Positions 26,597 to 39,250 of a DNA stretch of 64,000 bases are shown here, piece by piece. The notes beneath the pieces are model-generated. The model saw only the letters and a list, made by a program, of their open reading frames with translations, ran no database searches and was not told the DNA's origin. How positions within the stretch are numbered: the first letter of the stretch is position 1; each line of letters begins with the position of its first letter. Source of the stretch: Eledone cirrhosa (taxonomy: Eukaryota); assembly GCA_964016885.1 (NCBI GenBank), contig OZ024749.1, forward strand, positions 9,548,001 through 9,612,000. Reading direction: 5' to 3'. The translations under genes were made by a program, and so were the position numbers.

Positions 26597-27030
26597 ATAT
26601 ATATATATATAAATGTAATCTGAGTTTTTCGAATATTAATAATAACATTCGATTCGTTTGCAATTATGCATGCAAGCCTCAATTTTATAGCCATGTCTGT
26701 AGAATGAACCCTTCATTCTTGCTCTTGTGTTGGCATGTGAACAGAACTGCAGAGACAGTCCTATATGAGCAAGACACAGTTACCTTCCCTAACTTGTCTC
26801 TAATGGGACACCCCATCTAACCCATGCTAGCATGGAAAATAAACATTAAATGATGATGATGATGATGATATATATATATTTATATGCCTGTTTGTGTGTG
26901 TGTGATATCAGCTGGCCATGTTCTTTTCTATCCATAGGGTTATTTTACCTGATTTTCTAAGGTATTGTTTATAGCAATTAACTCTTATTGCAGTTTTTTT
27001 TCTGTATTTGGGATTCTTACATTTTCTAAA

Positions 27031-27094
<64 letters not shown>

Positions 27095-27100
<6 letters not shown>

Positions 27101-27372
27101 AGATTTGAATGGATACAGTTTAGTTGAAAGGAATTTATTGACACGTGTTTCTATAACAGTTACATAACCTGAAAGCAGCTGTTTTCAGGTTATGTAACTG
27201 TTATAGAAACACGTGTCAATAAATTCCTTTCAACTAAACTGTATCCATTCAAATCTTTCTATTTTTCTCCGGATTACTTTTGGAACTACAACTGGAACCG
27301 TCGAGCAAACTCTACGTGAGCTGTCAATCTACTGTGTGTAATATTTATATTACAACACAACGGAAAATACTG
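27095..27372 (+). mobile_element. Fold-back PLE stub, 168-nt near-perfect palindrome plus tail
   Basis: Symmetry centre 27178/27179; GAAA-cacgtg-TC hammerhead 3' half; TA flanks. Confidence 0.8.
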
Positions 27373-27388
27373 TATATATATATATATA

Positions 27389-28687
27389 TTTATTAAAATA
27401 ACAGATTAAAGTTTAAGCAAAGAATCGCTGCTTTTTACACTGGGAGATCCTAGCTAGGGCTAGATCGTATAACGGAAATAAAAGACCATGTGACCTCTGC
27501 GCCGCTGAGGCCCTGGAAATACTCTATGCCACAGACCACATCTTAAACAAAAAATCTGAGGCAATTTCGGCTTGTAAACATAAATTGCACAAAACTTTCC
27601 TGTATTACAGCCCCACGTTATACCCTAACGGATAGTACGATCTATACGTGGATATTTTACGTCTTGATGTGGAAGCTAAGTATATGTTTTGTTTATTCCT
27701 TTACTTATTTGCATAGGTAAGTATATATTACCCGTATGTTTTGTGAAGGTATGTATACCTTCTCGTACGTATATTTGATTGCTATGGCGTATAATTTTAT
27801 ATATTCTGGTACATAGGGTTTGGCTATGTGTATACGGGAGTTTTTCGTCTGTGTGAGTATGCAGGTTCGTACGTATGGTGGGTGTGTGTATATGTGTACT
27901 TCTTGTTTTAGTTGACTTACGTCTCCGAACATTCGTGTATTTATATGTAGGTATGTGTGTGCGCTTGTTATATACGTATTTATTTATATACGTTTATATA
28001 ATTATTTATTTATTTGTATACACGCATACACACACACACATATTTATATGTGCGTGGTTTTGTATACCTATGGTAAGGTTTTGCATATGCTTGTGTATGT
28101 ACGTATTTGTTTGCGTGTATGTATTTATTTACTTTGTTCTTAACTCTGTAGTGGAGATTCATTTGGTCTCCTAGTTAGAATTTTAGTCTACGATTTCTGC
28201 TATACCATTTACGTGGTTTTGTCTTTGCCTGCTATTGTTCTCCACGCTCCACATATGACGTATTATCTTCGTTTTTTCGTTCATTGCCAGAGAACGTCTC
28301 TATGCACCACTTAAGAGAACATTAGTCTACGACCTCTTTTATACCATAAACGTGGTTCTGTCTTTGAGCGTAATAGTTTTTCACCGCTCCTATTAATGAC
28401 GTATTATTCGTTTTTTCCCCGTTCTTTGCCAGCGAACGTCACCACGAACCAAAGTATCGTCTTCCTGTCTTCCCTCGGTTGCAACGTTTTTTGAAATATC
28501 CAGTTCTGCGTTTACAGATTGACTTTGTTAGTTTCAGAAGATCCCGTTAAGGGTGAAAGCAGCGATTCTTTGCTTAAACTTTAATCTGTTATTTTAATAA
28601 ATATTTGCTCTACGGTTCTTATATATTTGATATATATTTATCCTTATCGAGCCCTCTTTGGATTTTAGTCTTCAAATTTATTATTAT

Positions 28688-28690
<3 letters not shown>
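27389..28690 (+). mobile_element. 5'-truncated PLE (Nematis-like): inverted arm, GIY-YIG C-terminus, 3' UTR, tail
   Basis: 27435-27635 translates LHWEILARARSY..CDLCAAEALEIL..LNKKSE..CKH..*; arm 27389-27434 inverts 28556-28601. Confidence 0.8.
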
Positions 28691-28739
<49 letters not shown>

Positions 28740-28850
28740 GGTAACAAGTTATCATTATAGGTAATCCAGTTAGAGGTTGTGAGTACTCTGCGTCGTGGAT
28801 AGTTTTAACGTACGGCTTTGTTTAACTCAACAAGATGTATCCATATCTTC

Positions 28851-28961
28851 GTATTCTGATGTGTTGATCAGAGATAAATAATGTAAAGAAGATGAAGTGA
28901 TGCAACTTCAAGCGATTAGCGACCTCTAGACTCACCTGATCAATGAAACAATTGTCAATAC
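28851..28961 (+). ncRNA. Type I hammerhead with long stem II loop (core variant CUGAUGU)
   Basis: gtatt-CTGATGT-gttgatcag...ctgatcaat-GAAA-caattg-TC-aatac; all three stems pair; lies in a TA-flanked insert 28738-29015. Confidence 0.75.
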
Positions 28962-29011
28962 CTGAAATAAAGCCCCTTGTTGTACAGCCAACTATGTTAC
29001 TCTTCATTTTT

Positions 29012-29057
<46 letters not shown>

Positions 29058-29131
29058 CGATATATATGTATATGGCAACTCAATAATACTGTCCATTTAT
29101 TAATATGTATGTATGTGTGTGTGTGTGTATA

Positions 29132-29175
<44 letters not shown>

Positions 29176-29178
<3 letters not shown>

Positions 29179-29431
29179 TATAAGAATAAAGGAACAAGGA
29201 TTCAGTGATCAAGGATTCTATGTGATCTCTTCTCTGATTTTATGATAAAATCAGAGAAGAGATCACATAGAAAATACATATCTGATGATCTTTCGATTGC
29301 GGCGTCAGGTTCAATCTATAATAGGTCTTTCCTCGAGCTGATCGATAGTGAAACATATGTAATATGTTATTAGATATGTTATGATGCAACACTGAATCCT
29401 TGTTCCTTTATTCTTATAGTATTATACTCTG
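29176..29431 (+). mobile_element. Double fold-back PLE stub
   Basis: Outer arms 29176-29207/29390-29421, inner arms 29216-29243/29245-29272. Confidence 0.8.
29276..29367 (+). ncRNA. Intact-looking type I hammerhead ribozyme
   Basis: acatat-CTGATGA-(tcgat..atcga stem II)-GAAA-catatg-TA-atatgt; predicted cut after 29361. Confidence 0.85.
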
Positions 29432-30059
29432 TATATATGTATATATGTATTAATAACTAGGAAAAGCGGACATAAAATGATGATGATGATGAATTGAATA
29501 TATTATTGAGTTGCTATTTAATAAATATAGGATATAAAAACTCGATGAATAAAACTTGGTCATTACCTATATACAAACAATGCCAGTAATTATATTATCC
29601 TGTTATTGATATCAGAAATATAGTTTGTGAGTTTGGATCAATTTATATGTCACGGGGGAAGGGAGATAGTGAAGTTTTACGACAGTCCCTTCATCTGAGA
29701 GAGAAAAACATTATTGTAAATACAATTTTGTTATCTCTCAGATGATGTATCATTAAAGAAATGTCAGAACCCCCTTGTCTCTGTCATATCCAACCTTATT
29801 TAAAGATACAAATTCCCTTATATCATCCCCTTGATATCTAAACATATCTAAATCCACAAAAAACCCACTTCTCTCTATGATATCCAACTTTGTCTATGAT
29901 ATCTAACACTTAAACTCCCCTATATCATTCTTTTTGTGATATCCTACCTTATCTAAACTTATAAACTGCCCTATAATATTCTCTTTTATGAAAATTAAAC
30001 CTATCTAAACCCACAAACTTCCAACTACATAATAAAATATCCTCCTCCTCGACACCTAC

Positions 30060-31035
30060 TATCAGGAATGCATCTGGGGTTCTCTCTCTCTTCAGAGAGG
30101 TGTATCCTCACGAGGTAGAAAGAATACTTCATTGATCTCCTAAACCTGATCGCAACAGTATCTTTTGATGTACTCAAGATGCATCTGGGAGCGGTGACTA
30201 ATCTCTTAGAGGCTGAGATCATGAGAGCAGTTAAAGAGCTCAAATGTGGCAAGGCCGCTGGAGAAGATGAAATCCAGCCCGAGATGTTCAAAGCCTTAAC
30301 CCTTTAGCATTTACATTATATATACTAATGTATTTTTGTGGTAAGGGCTTTATCTTGCACAATTATCTCACATAATATCAAATCTACGAGGTTTTGATAT
30401 TATTTATTTTGAGAACAATACCTTAATGTCCGTTTGAGTGGCCGGTTACAGCCGGTTTAAATGCTAAAGGATTAAATAGAGAACATATCCTCCGGCTGAC
30501 TCATGTGTGCCGGGTGACCTGGATCTCTAGAAAGGCACCTAACCAATGGCAATCAGGAGTGATAATTTCAATTTTCAAAAAAGGAGGCAAGAGAGATTGT
30601 TCCAATTACAGAGGGATCTCCTTGTTAAGCCTCCCTGGTAAAGTCTATGCTAAGTGTCTGGCAAAAAGATGCAAGGAGATTGTTGAGTCCAAGCTATTTG
30701 CTGAACAGTATGGTTTTTGCCCCAGATGCAACACAGCTGACTAAATATTCACACTGCGGCAGGTCTTCAATAAATCGTAGAAGTATTGCTAAGTGGTATA
30801 TTCTTGTTAGACCTCAAAAAGCATATAACCACATTCCTCAGGACCTGCTGTGGAATGTTGTGCAGGAGTATGGGATTGATGGTCAGCTTCTTGCTGCCCA
30901 GATGTCTCTATCAGAATGGTTAAGTATTTATGTTCAGATAAATAGTGCTAAATCGAAACCAGTTAATGTAGGAGTCAGACTCCACGAACGGTGCATACTG
31001 TCATCTTTCCTGTTCATTATTTTCATGAACAAAAT
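30060..31035 (+). mobile_element. Old RTE-type RT fragment
   Basis: KAAGEDEIQPEM, NYRGISLLS, QYGF motifs. Confidence 0.75.
30300..30471. mobile_element. piggyBac-like MITE
   Basis: TIR ccctttagcattta, TTAA duplication; excision restores the RTE reading frame. Confidence 0.85.
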
Positions 31036-31974
31036 TTCTTATATCCAGCGTTTACCTAAACCCACAAACTCCATTATATCATCCTCTCTGTAATACCCAA
31101 CCTGACTTTAACTCTCAAACTACCCTATAATATTCTATGATATTTAAATATATAGAATCTCAGAAACTGCCCTATAATATTATTTTTATAACATCTAATC
31201 TTACCTTAATTCACAAACTGTCCTATATCTATGATATCCAAATCTATCTAAACTTACAAACTGTCCTATATCATTCTCTCTATGATATCCAAATCTATCT
31301 AAACTCACAAACTCTCCTATAAAATTCTGATATTCAACTTCATTTAAATTCACAAACTGTTCTATATCAATTTTCTTTATGATATTCAATCTTATCTAAC
31401 CTCTCAAACTATCCTATAATATTTTATGACATCTAACCTTACATAAACTCACAAACTTTCCAATATTAGAAATGGTGAAACAAGCTTTCATTCCAGACAC
31501 TTTTTGAAGTTTATTATTTATTTTGACATATTAACTGTATTAAACAAACTCTGGTAAAAGTTTCTCTCTTTATTTTTAACATAAATATATAACCATTTAT
31601 CAGTTAATATTAGTTAACAGTAAATAGCTCTTTGATCATTATTCTATTGATTTAAAAAAAAAAAGATATATAAAATATGTCTGAGTGGTGGAAATAGAAA
31701 CAGTGATGAATGTTGGGGAGAGAAATAGTCAGTGGTGAATGTTGGGGAGGGAAATAGTGGTGAATGTTGGGGAGAGAAATAGTCTGTGGTGAATGTTGGG
31801 GAGAGGAATGGAATGATGTTTGGGTCATGTGTTAATGAAAGATGAAAGTGACTGGGTGAAAGGAGTGATGAAAATGAATGTGGGGGGGAAGTGGAGGAAG
31901 ATCAAAAAGGATATGGCTAAAGATGATGGAGGAAAGAATGAAAGCTCTGTGTGATGAGGTTCAATGCTTTAAAC

Positions 31975-32265
31975 CAGTCATGGGCAACCTGCGCTCCGCG
32001 AAGCTTTCTGAATGGCTCGCCTAAGTCACCTAAGTGAAATCTTTCTGATTTTTTTACCCCAACTTTTCAGTCATAATTCGTATTTCTGTAATTTTTAAGA
32101 TCGAGGAAAATAGCATGTACGAATTCTGAAGAAACAAATCAAAACAACTTGAGTTACTGCCCTTTTTTTTAATGTTGGCATGAATGTAAATTAGTGCTTG
32201 TGGCCCGCTTCATGATGAGCCATATTTCATGCAGCCCACTTCTCGAAAACGGTTGTCTATGCCTG
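31975..32265. mobile_element. hAT (Charlie-like) MITE
   Basis: TIR cagtcatgggcaacc/ggttgtctatgcctg, 8-bp TSD ctttaaac/gtttaaac. Confidence 0.8.
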
Positions 32266-32571
32266 GTTTAAACCATCTCAATGATTCCGTAATACGTATT
32301 TCAGTGGTTTAATTTATCTTTGTGTTGTGTGTTTTTTTTATTTATCCCCCCCCCCCCCCATACAAACCAATAAAGCCACTAAAATACAAGGAATTACTGA
32401 GAAGTTAAAAGACAAGACAGAGATAACATAATTCAAGGGGAGAGAAGATTATGATTGATGTTGCTTTTGAATTTTTGCAAATTGTAGGGGGCAGGAAAAT
32501 AAAACGCCAAAAGATAATTCCATAGGCGGGCTGTGTGAAGAAAAACACTATCAGAATAGAATTTGCAAATA

Positions 32572-33866
32572 CAGGGTGTGGACGATATTTGTTCGCAATT
32601 TTCAACTGCTAATTTTATGCAAATTCTTTTTACTTCCGTTGTCACTCTTGTCTTCATAAAAACAGTGACTATATTTCCATTATTTATTTTCAGAATAATT
32701 GATTATGAATAATTTTGAACCTCCAAATTTGTGGAAGAGACACGGAGTTCTTCTTGGAATCCGCAGCTGGAGGACAAATAAGAAAATTTCAGACTTTCTC
32801 AGCGTCAGCAGGAGAATGGTGGAAAAGGTCAGAAAGGAATTGGAAGATTCAGGATTTGACTATGAAGCAACATCAGAGGGGAAAACACATGATCGACGAT
32901 CTGATGCCTTCAGAACGCCCGAGTTCGTTACTGAAGTTCAGGATATCATCCACAATGAACCTAGCAAGTCAATGCGTGCCATTCCAAGGGAGAAAAACGT
33001 GGATGAAAAGCTCATTAGGCTGGTGGTACATGAAGACATTCGCTACGTTTCATACAAGATGAGGAAAGGACAATTTCTGTCAAAGGCGATGCAAGAAAAG
33101 CGACTGAAGCACGAAAAGAAGCTGATCAACAAGTTGGAACACCCACTGGAGCCAGACATGCTGTGGTTTTTCTCCGACGAGAAAAACTTCTGCCAAGACC
33201 AGAAGATAAACTCCCAGAACAACAGGTGGCTCGCTGTCTCATCCAAAGATGTGCCCAGAGTCATGCAGACAAAGTTTCCAGCGACAACATTGGTCTTAGG
33301 TGTCGTCAGCAGTCAAGGTGATGTCATGCCACCTCACTTCTTCCCTGAGAGCCTCAAGCTGAACACTGATGGCTACATCCACGTTCTAAGTGAGGTAGTA
33401 AAGCCCTGGATCAACCAGGTAACTGTAGGTAGGCCGTACATGTGGCAGCAAGACTCAGCGCCCTGCCATACCAGCCGAAAGACCCAAGCCTGGCTGTCAG
33501 AGAACTTCGTCGACCACACTTCACCTGACATCTGGCTCCCAGCTCGCCTGACTGCAACCCCCTCAACTTCTTTGTGTGGGGCACAGTGGAACGAGACGCC
33601 AACAGATCTAGCTGCAATACGAAAGTCGATCTGAAGGCCAGGATCACAAGTGCCTTTAGGGGCCTAAGTCAGGGGACAGTGACGAAGGCCTGTAGCCGGT
33701 TCTGAGGCCGTCATCAAAGCCAATAGCGGGTTTATTGAGTGAGATCAAAAGAACAAGTCATGAAGACAAACTGACCCAAGTTTGATAAATAAATCTTAAA
33801 AAATAAAACTACTGTGTTATTTTTTCCTAGACAGTAATCTTGCGAACAAATATCGTCCGCACCCTG
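32572..33866 (+). mobile_element. Full-length Tc1/mariner DD37D (maT) transposon
   Basis: 27-bp TIR cagggtg(t/c)ggacgatatttgttcgcaa, TA on both sides. Confidence 0.92.
32699..33741 (+). pseudogene. DD37D transposase with a frameshift near 33540 and third catalytic D read as N
   Basis: FSDEK, WQQDSAPCH, then shifted SSPDCNPLNFFVW; 37 residues between the 2nd and 3rd catalytic positions. Confidence 0.85.
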
Positions 33867-33901
33867 TATATATATATAAATTTCTACGATTCTATCACAA
33901 C

Positions 33902-33975
33902 ACGTAAAGAGAGAGGAGTAGTTTTGACTACCTCATACTACTACTCTCTCTTTACGTCTACTGCCTGCATGACTG
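33902..33975. repeat. Short fold-back stub in TA array
   Basis: acgtaaagagagag..agtagt / actact..ctctctctttacgt. Confidence 0.6.
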
Positions 33976-35375
33976 TATATGTGTGTTAAAGGAAGGAAGA
34001 TAGTGTTGAAAAAACTATAGCAAAATAGCAGCTGGCAATCCATTTGTTATTCTGTGTTTGTGTGAATGTATGTCTGCGAGTGTATATTTTTGTAAGTGTG
34101 TCTGTGTTTGTGCATTTATATTTATATACTAATACATATAAATGTATGTATATACACATACACATATGCACACACCTATACATATACGCATCAGCATGTT
34201 GAAAAAAATTCTCGCATATTTAAGAGCTTCAACTGTAAAGGGAATGAGACATAGATTCAAATCTGGTGCTATACAATAAGTTAGGACCTATAATGTTGAT
34301 GATTCTTCTTTGGATCTTATCTACACCCTCAATGTGTATGAAAGAAGCACCAGACCAGATATGGCAACAAATACTCAATATAAGAACAAATGATAGATTT
34401 ATAAAGACATACAATACTTTCAGGCATTAAAAATGTTCTGGAATGAGAGAGTGAACCAACTTTTGGGAGCAGCAGACTTGGAAAATTATGTGATATAATC
34501 ATTCCTGCTCAAATCAGTGGATAATATCATATCAAGAATGTGTAAAGAGTTGCTTTCTTTAAGGGGATAATCAGCCATAGTAATGGAAGACAAAATTGGT
34601 TCTCTATAGCGATTAAAAGATATGTGTATGTGCATGTGTGCAATGGGCTTCTTTATAGTTTCTGTCTACCAAATCAACTCTTAAGGCATTGGGCAGTCCA
34701 AGATATAGTAGAAGACACTTGCCCAAGATCCTGTGACTTCAAGGCAAACTTCTAAACTACACAGTCATGCCTGCACCTTTAATATCATAAGATATTATCT
34801 TGCCATATTTTACTATTTTTCTCAAAAACTAATTTAATAATAGAATAGAATTAAAATTTAGCTTCAGGCATAGTTGTATACAGATATGCATTAGAATTTT
34901 GTAAATAGTTATTTATTGAAAATTTTGAAGCTTCAACAAATTTTCTTAACAAATTGGGAATAAAAGACCCTGAACGGAAAAAGTTGACAGTGTCACTCAT
35001 GGGATGATGGTTTCTAATTTAAGCACAGAGCCAGCAGTTCGAAGGGAGGGGAAATCAATTAAATTGCCTCAGTACTTGACTGGGATTTTATCGACCTCAG
35101 AAGGTTGATAGGTAAAGTTGACCTTGATATGATTTGAACTCAGGATGTATAAAGCCGTAACTATATAATGCAAATCATTTTGTCCAGTGTTCTACCAATA
35201 CTACCAACCCACAGTCCTTAAAATAGTTATATTAAAATTATGTGTAACCGAGATAGCACTATTGTGTATATAAATATACACATATTTATATACACATTGG
35301 TGCAGTCTCAGTTACACACTCTATAATCACAAATAGAACTTTATCGTATAGTTTGGCTGCTAGCACACTTCTTAA

Positions 35376-35596
35376 CCCTTTACCATTTAAACCGGCTGTA
35401 TCCAGCCAGAATTCTCTCACCTCTTTCTGTTCAAACCAGCCCTAACTGGCCCTTCATACAAATGATAAGGTATTGTTCTCAAAATAAATAGCATCAAAAT
35501 CTCATAGCTTCAATATTATGTGAGATAATTATGTGAGGTAAAGCCTTTACCACAAAAATACAATAGTAGATATAGAGTAATGTAAATGGTAAAGGG
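35376..35596. mobile_element. piggyBac-like MITE
   Basis: TTAA-ccctttaccattta...taaatggtaaaggg-TTAA. Confidence 0.85.
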
Positions 35597-35653
35597 TTAA
35601 TACAATAGTTATATTGGTTATATAATAGTTATATAAACTAATGTATTTTACAG

Positions 35654-35708
35654 TGACACTTCAAATTGGATACCATAAAGTAGCCCGGACACAGAGTCAA
35701 ATATTAAG
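35654..35708 (+). CDS. Putative host gene exon 2 (55 nt, phase 1/2): (L)TLQIGYHKVARTQSQIL(S)
   Basis: ctaat branch-like motif, ttttacAG acceptor, AAG|GTAAAA donor; single open frame, in phase with both neighbours. Confidence 0.6.
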
Positions 35709-36061
35709 GTAAAATATTATTTCATATTTCTTACAAAATACAACCTAAATACTTTGTTTTTTTGTATTCTTTGAAATGTCAATAAATGTACTTTTATATA
35801 TTTCCTATATAATTAATTAGCATAGTTCCATTCTTTTTATAACTTAGATACTGTGACATGTATGTGTAGCAGGGTGTATGTGTGTTGTGTACTGTTCTGT
35901 GTATGTTTATGTATAATATCTGCTATTATGTGTATGTATACATTGTTATATTCTGTGGTGTATGTATATGATATCTAATGTTATATATATATATATATGT
36001 ATATATGCATATATATGTTATGTACTGTTTGTGTATGTGTATGCATATATATATATATATA

Positions 36062-36893
<832 letters not shown>

Positions 36894-36904
36894 TATATAT
36901 ATAT

Positions 36905-37307
36905 ACTCGACAGGTTTTCTGGAGTATAATATTCAATGATATTAAATAAATGGAAACTATATTTATAAAACCATATTTATACTATTATATATATTTCAAG
37001 GGTACCAAAATTTTATCATCAGATAAAATACAAAGTTTGTTTTATAAATATTGATATATCCAGGAAAGAATAACTTAACGGTTCAAGTTTTTCCTGGAGA
37101 GTCTGATGTATTTTATCTGATGAGGGCGTACCAAAGTTTTGGTACACTTGAAATATATATAATAGAATAAATATGGTTTTAGAAATATATTTTCCATTTA
37201 TTTAATATCATTGAATATTATACTCCAGAAAACCTGTCGAGTGCTTTTAATCAGTTATAAACATTTATATTTGTTGAATTACCAACAAATTGAATATAAC
37301 TTTTGCT
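36905..37307 (+). mobile_element. Fold-back PLE stub with intact-looking hammerhead
   Basis: Arms 36905-37031/37108-37242, tail to 37307, TA flanks. Confidence 0.85.
37109..37169 (+). ncRNA. Intact-looking type I hammerhead ribozyme
   Basis: tattttat-CTGATGA-gggcgtaccaaa.g.ttttggtacactt-GAAA-tatata-TA-atagaata. Confidence 0.85.
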
Positions 37308-37330
37308 TATATATATATATATATACTGTT

Positions 37331-37382
<52 letters not shown>

Positions 37383-37430
37383 GTAATTCCGTCGGAAAAC
37401 AACGTCAATAAATACGCCAGGTTTATTACA

Positions 37431-37461
<31 letters not shown>

Positions 37462-37740
37462 TCCAACCCATGCAAGCATGGAAAAGCGGATGTAAAAATG
37501 ATGATGATGATGATGATATATATATATTTATCATCATCATCATGCAGGATTTTTAAAAAACTATCATATAATATACATTACACCGTTTGGCCTGTTTTCC
37601 CATATCCTCCCTTCTTACCTTTTCTACACCTCAGTGTCCCTCGTTGTCTGCATGTTGGACTACAATCCTTATTTTCTTGTTTTACTATTTCTCTTCTTTC
37701 TATATTTTTCTCCTTTGGCTAAGCCCTTGTGTATTATATT

Positions 37741-37932
37741 TGTGTGGATTGGCAGTATTGGTAGAGGGTCTGACGCCATGCTTTGCAGCAAAGAGTTACA
37801 GCCCTTTATGGTCTGAGTTCAAATCCCGCTGAGGTCAACTTTGCCTTTCATCCTTACGGAGTCAATAAAATAAAGCACCAGTAATACACTGGGATAATTG
37901 CTGGCCTGGTGCCAAAAGTAAAAACAATTATA
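37741..37932 (+). mobile_element. SINE
   Basis: SINE consensus. Confidence 0.85.
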
Positions 37933-38579
37933 TTTGTGTAATTTTCCTAAAGTCGTAAATTGTCTCTACCTGTTTTGTTGTCTCCAAATGTTCACTGGAA
38001 TGAAAGGTATCAACCTTAATATACCGAAACCATAGTGATTTCCAGGGGTTGACTGAGGAGATGGGACTGTCCATCTTTTGGAAGGGAGGGGGGTCATTGT
38101 CTTTGTCCTGTGTGCACCCTATTTTGAATATATATATATAACCCATGCTAGCATGGAAGATAGATGTTAATCGGTGATGATGATGATACACACACATGCA
38201 CACACACACACACAATGTGCATAGGGTGAAGAAAAATAAATATTATTTTATGAACAAGTTGTAGGAAAAACAATGTAAAGACATGAATTTCACTAATATG
38301 ATGATATGATGTCATGTGTATATGCATGTATGTTATGTGTAATGTGTATATACATATTGTGTACAATTATAGGTATGTATATACAAGTGTACTTAAGTTC
38401 AATATTATCTGTTTGCTTTTTGTTTGTTTGTTATTTTCTAAAGCCAAACCATTTATTGTGTATTGTAGGAGTGTTATTATAGTGTTATTATATTAATTGA
38501 ACCACTCATCTAATAACTTCCCTACTGTGAACACGGCTTTGAACTTTTGCATGTGTAAACTTTGGTGTTCAATTGATCA

Positions 38580-39250
38580 ATAAACTACAGCAACAACAAC
38601 AGCAATAACAATAAACAACAACAGCAACAACCACAACAATAACAACAAGCAACAAAAAAACAACAACAGTAACAGCAGCAACAACAACAACTGCAACATC
38701 AACAACAGCAATAACAACAACAGCAATAACAACAACAACAAACAACAACAGCAACAATATGCTACATCTACAACAATAACAACAACTGCAACAGCAGCAA
38801 CCACAACAATAACAACAGCAACAACCAACAATAAGAACAATATACTACATCTACAACAATAACAACAACTGCAACAGCAGCAACCACAACAATAACAACA
38901 GCAACAACCAACAATAAGAACAATATACTACATCTACAACAATAACAACAACTGCAACAGCAGCAACCACAACAATAACAACAGCAACAACCAACAATAA
39001 GAACAATATACTACATCTACAACAATAACAGCAACTGCAACAGCAGCAACCACAACAATAACAACAGCAACAACCAACAATAAGAACAATATACTACATC
39101 TACAACAATAACAACAACTGCAACAGCAGCAACCACAACAATAACAACAGCAACAACCAACAATAAGAACAATATACTATATCTACAACAATAACAACAA
39201 CAATGACAGCAATACACCACATGAAACTACATCAACAACAACACAACAAA
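38580..39250. repeat. (CAA)-rich array containing about 5 near-identical 83-bp units (38755-39200)
   Basis: ctacatctac recurs at 38762, 38845 and onward with 83-nt period. Confidence 0.9.

Larger units (their letters stand above)
29790..31470. repeat. ~40-50-nt degenerate minisatellite (ctaaactcacaaactgtcctatat..tatgatatcc) split by an RTE fragment
   Basis: Units at 29790-30030 and 31040-31470. Confidence 0.75.
32400..34620 (-). mobile_element. Old CR1/L2-group LINE 3' part, disrupted by the maT transposon and microsatellites
   Basis: CCHIWSGAS..DKIQRR (34229-34414) and TARLWN..FKSNIN (32433-32570). Confidence 0.6.
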
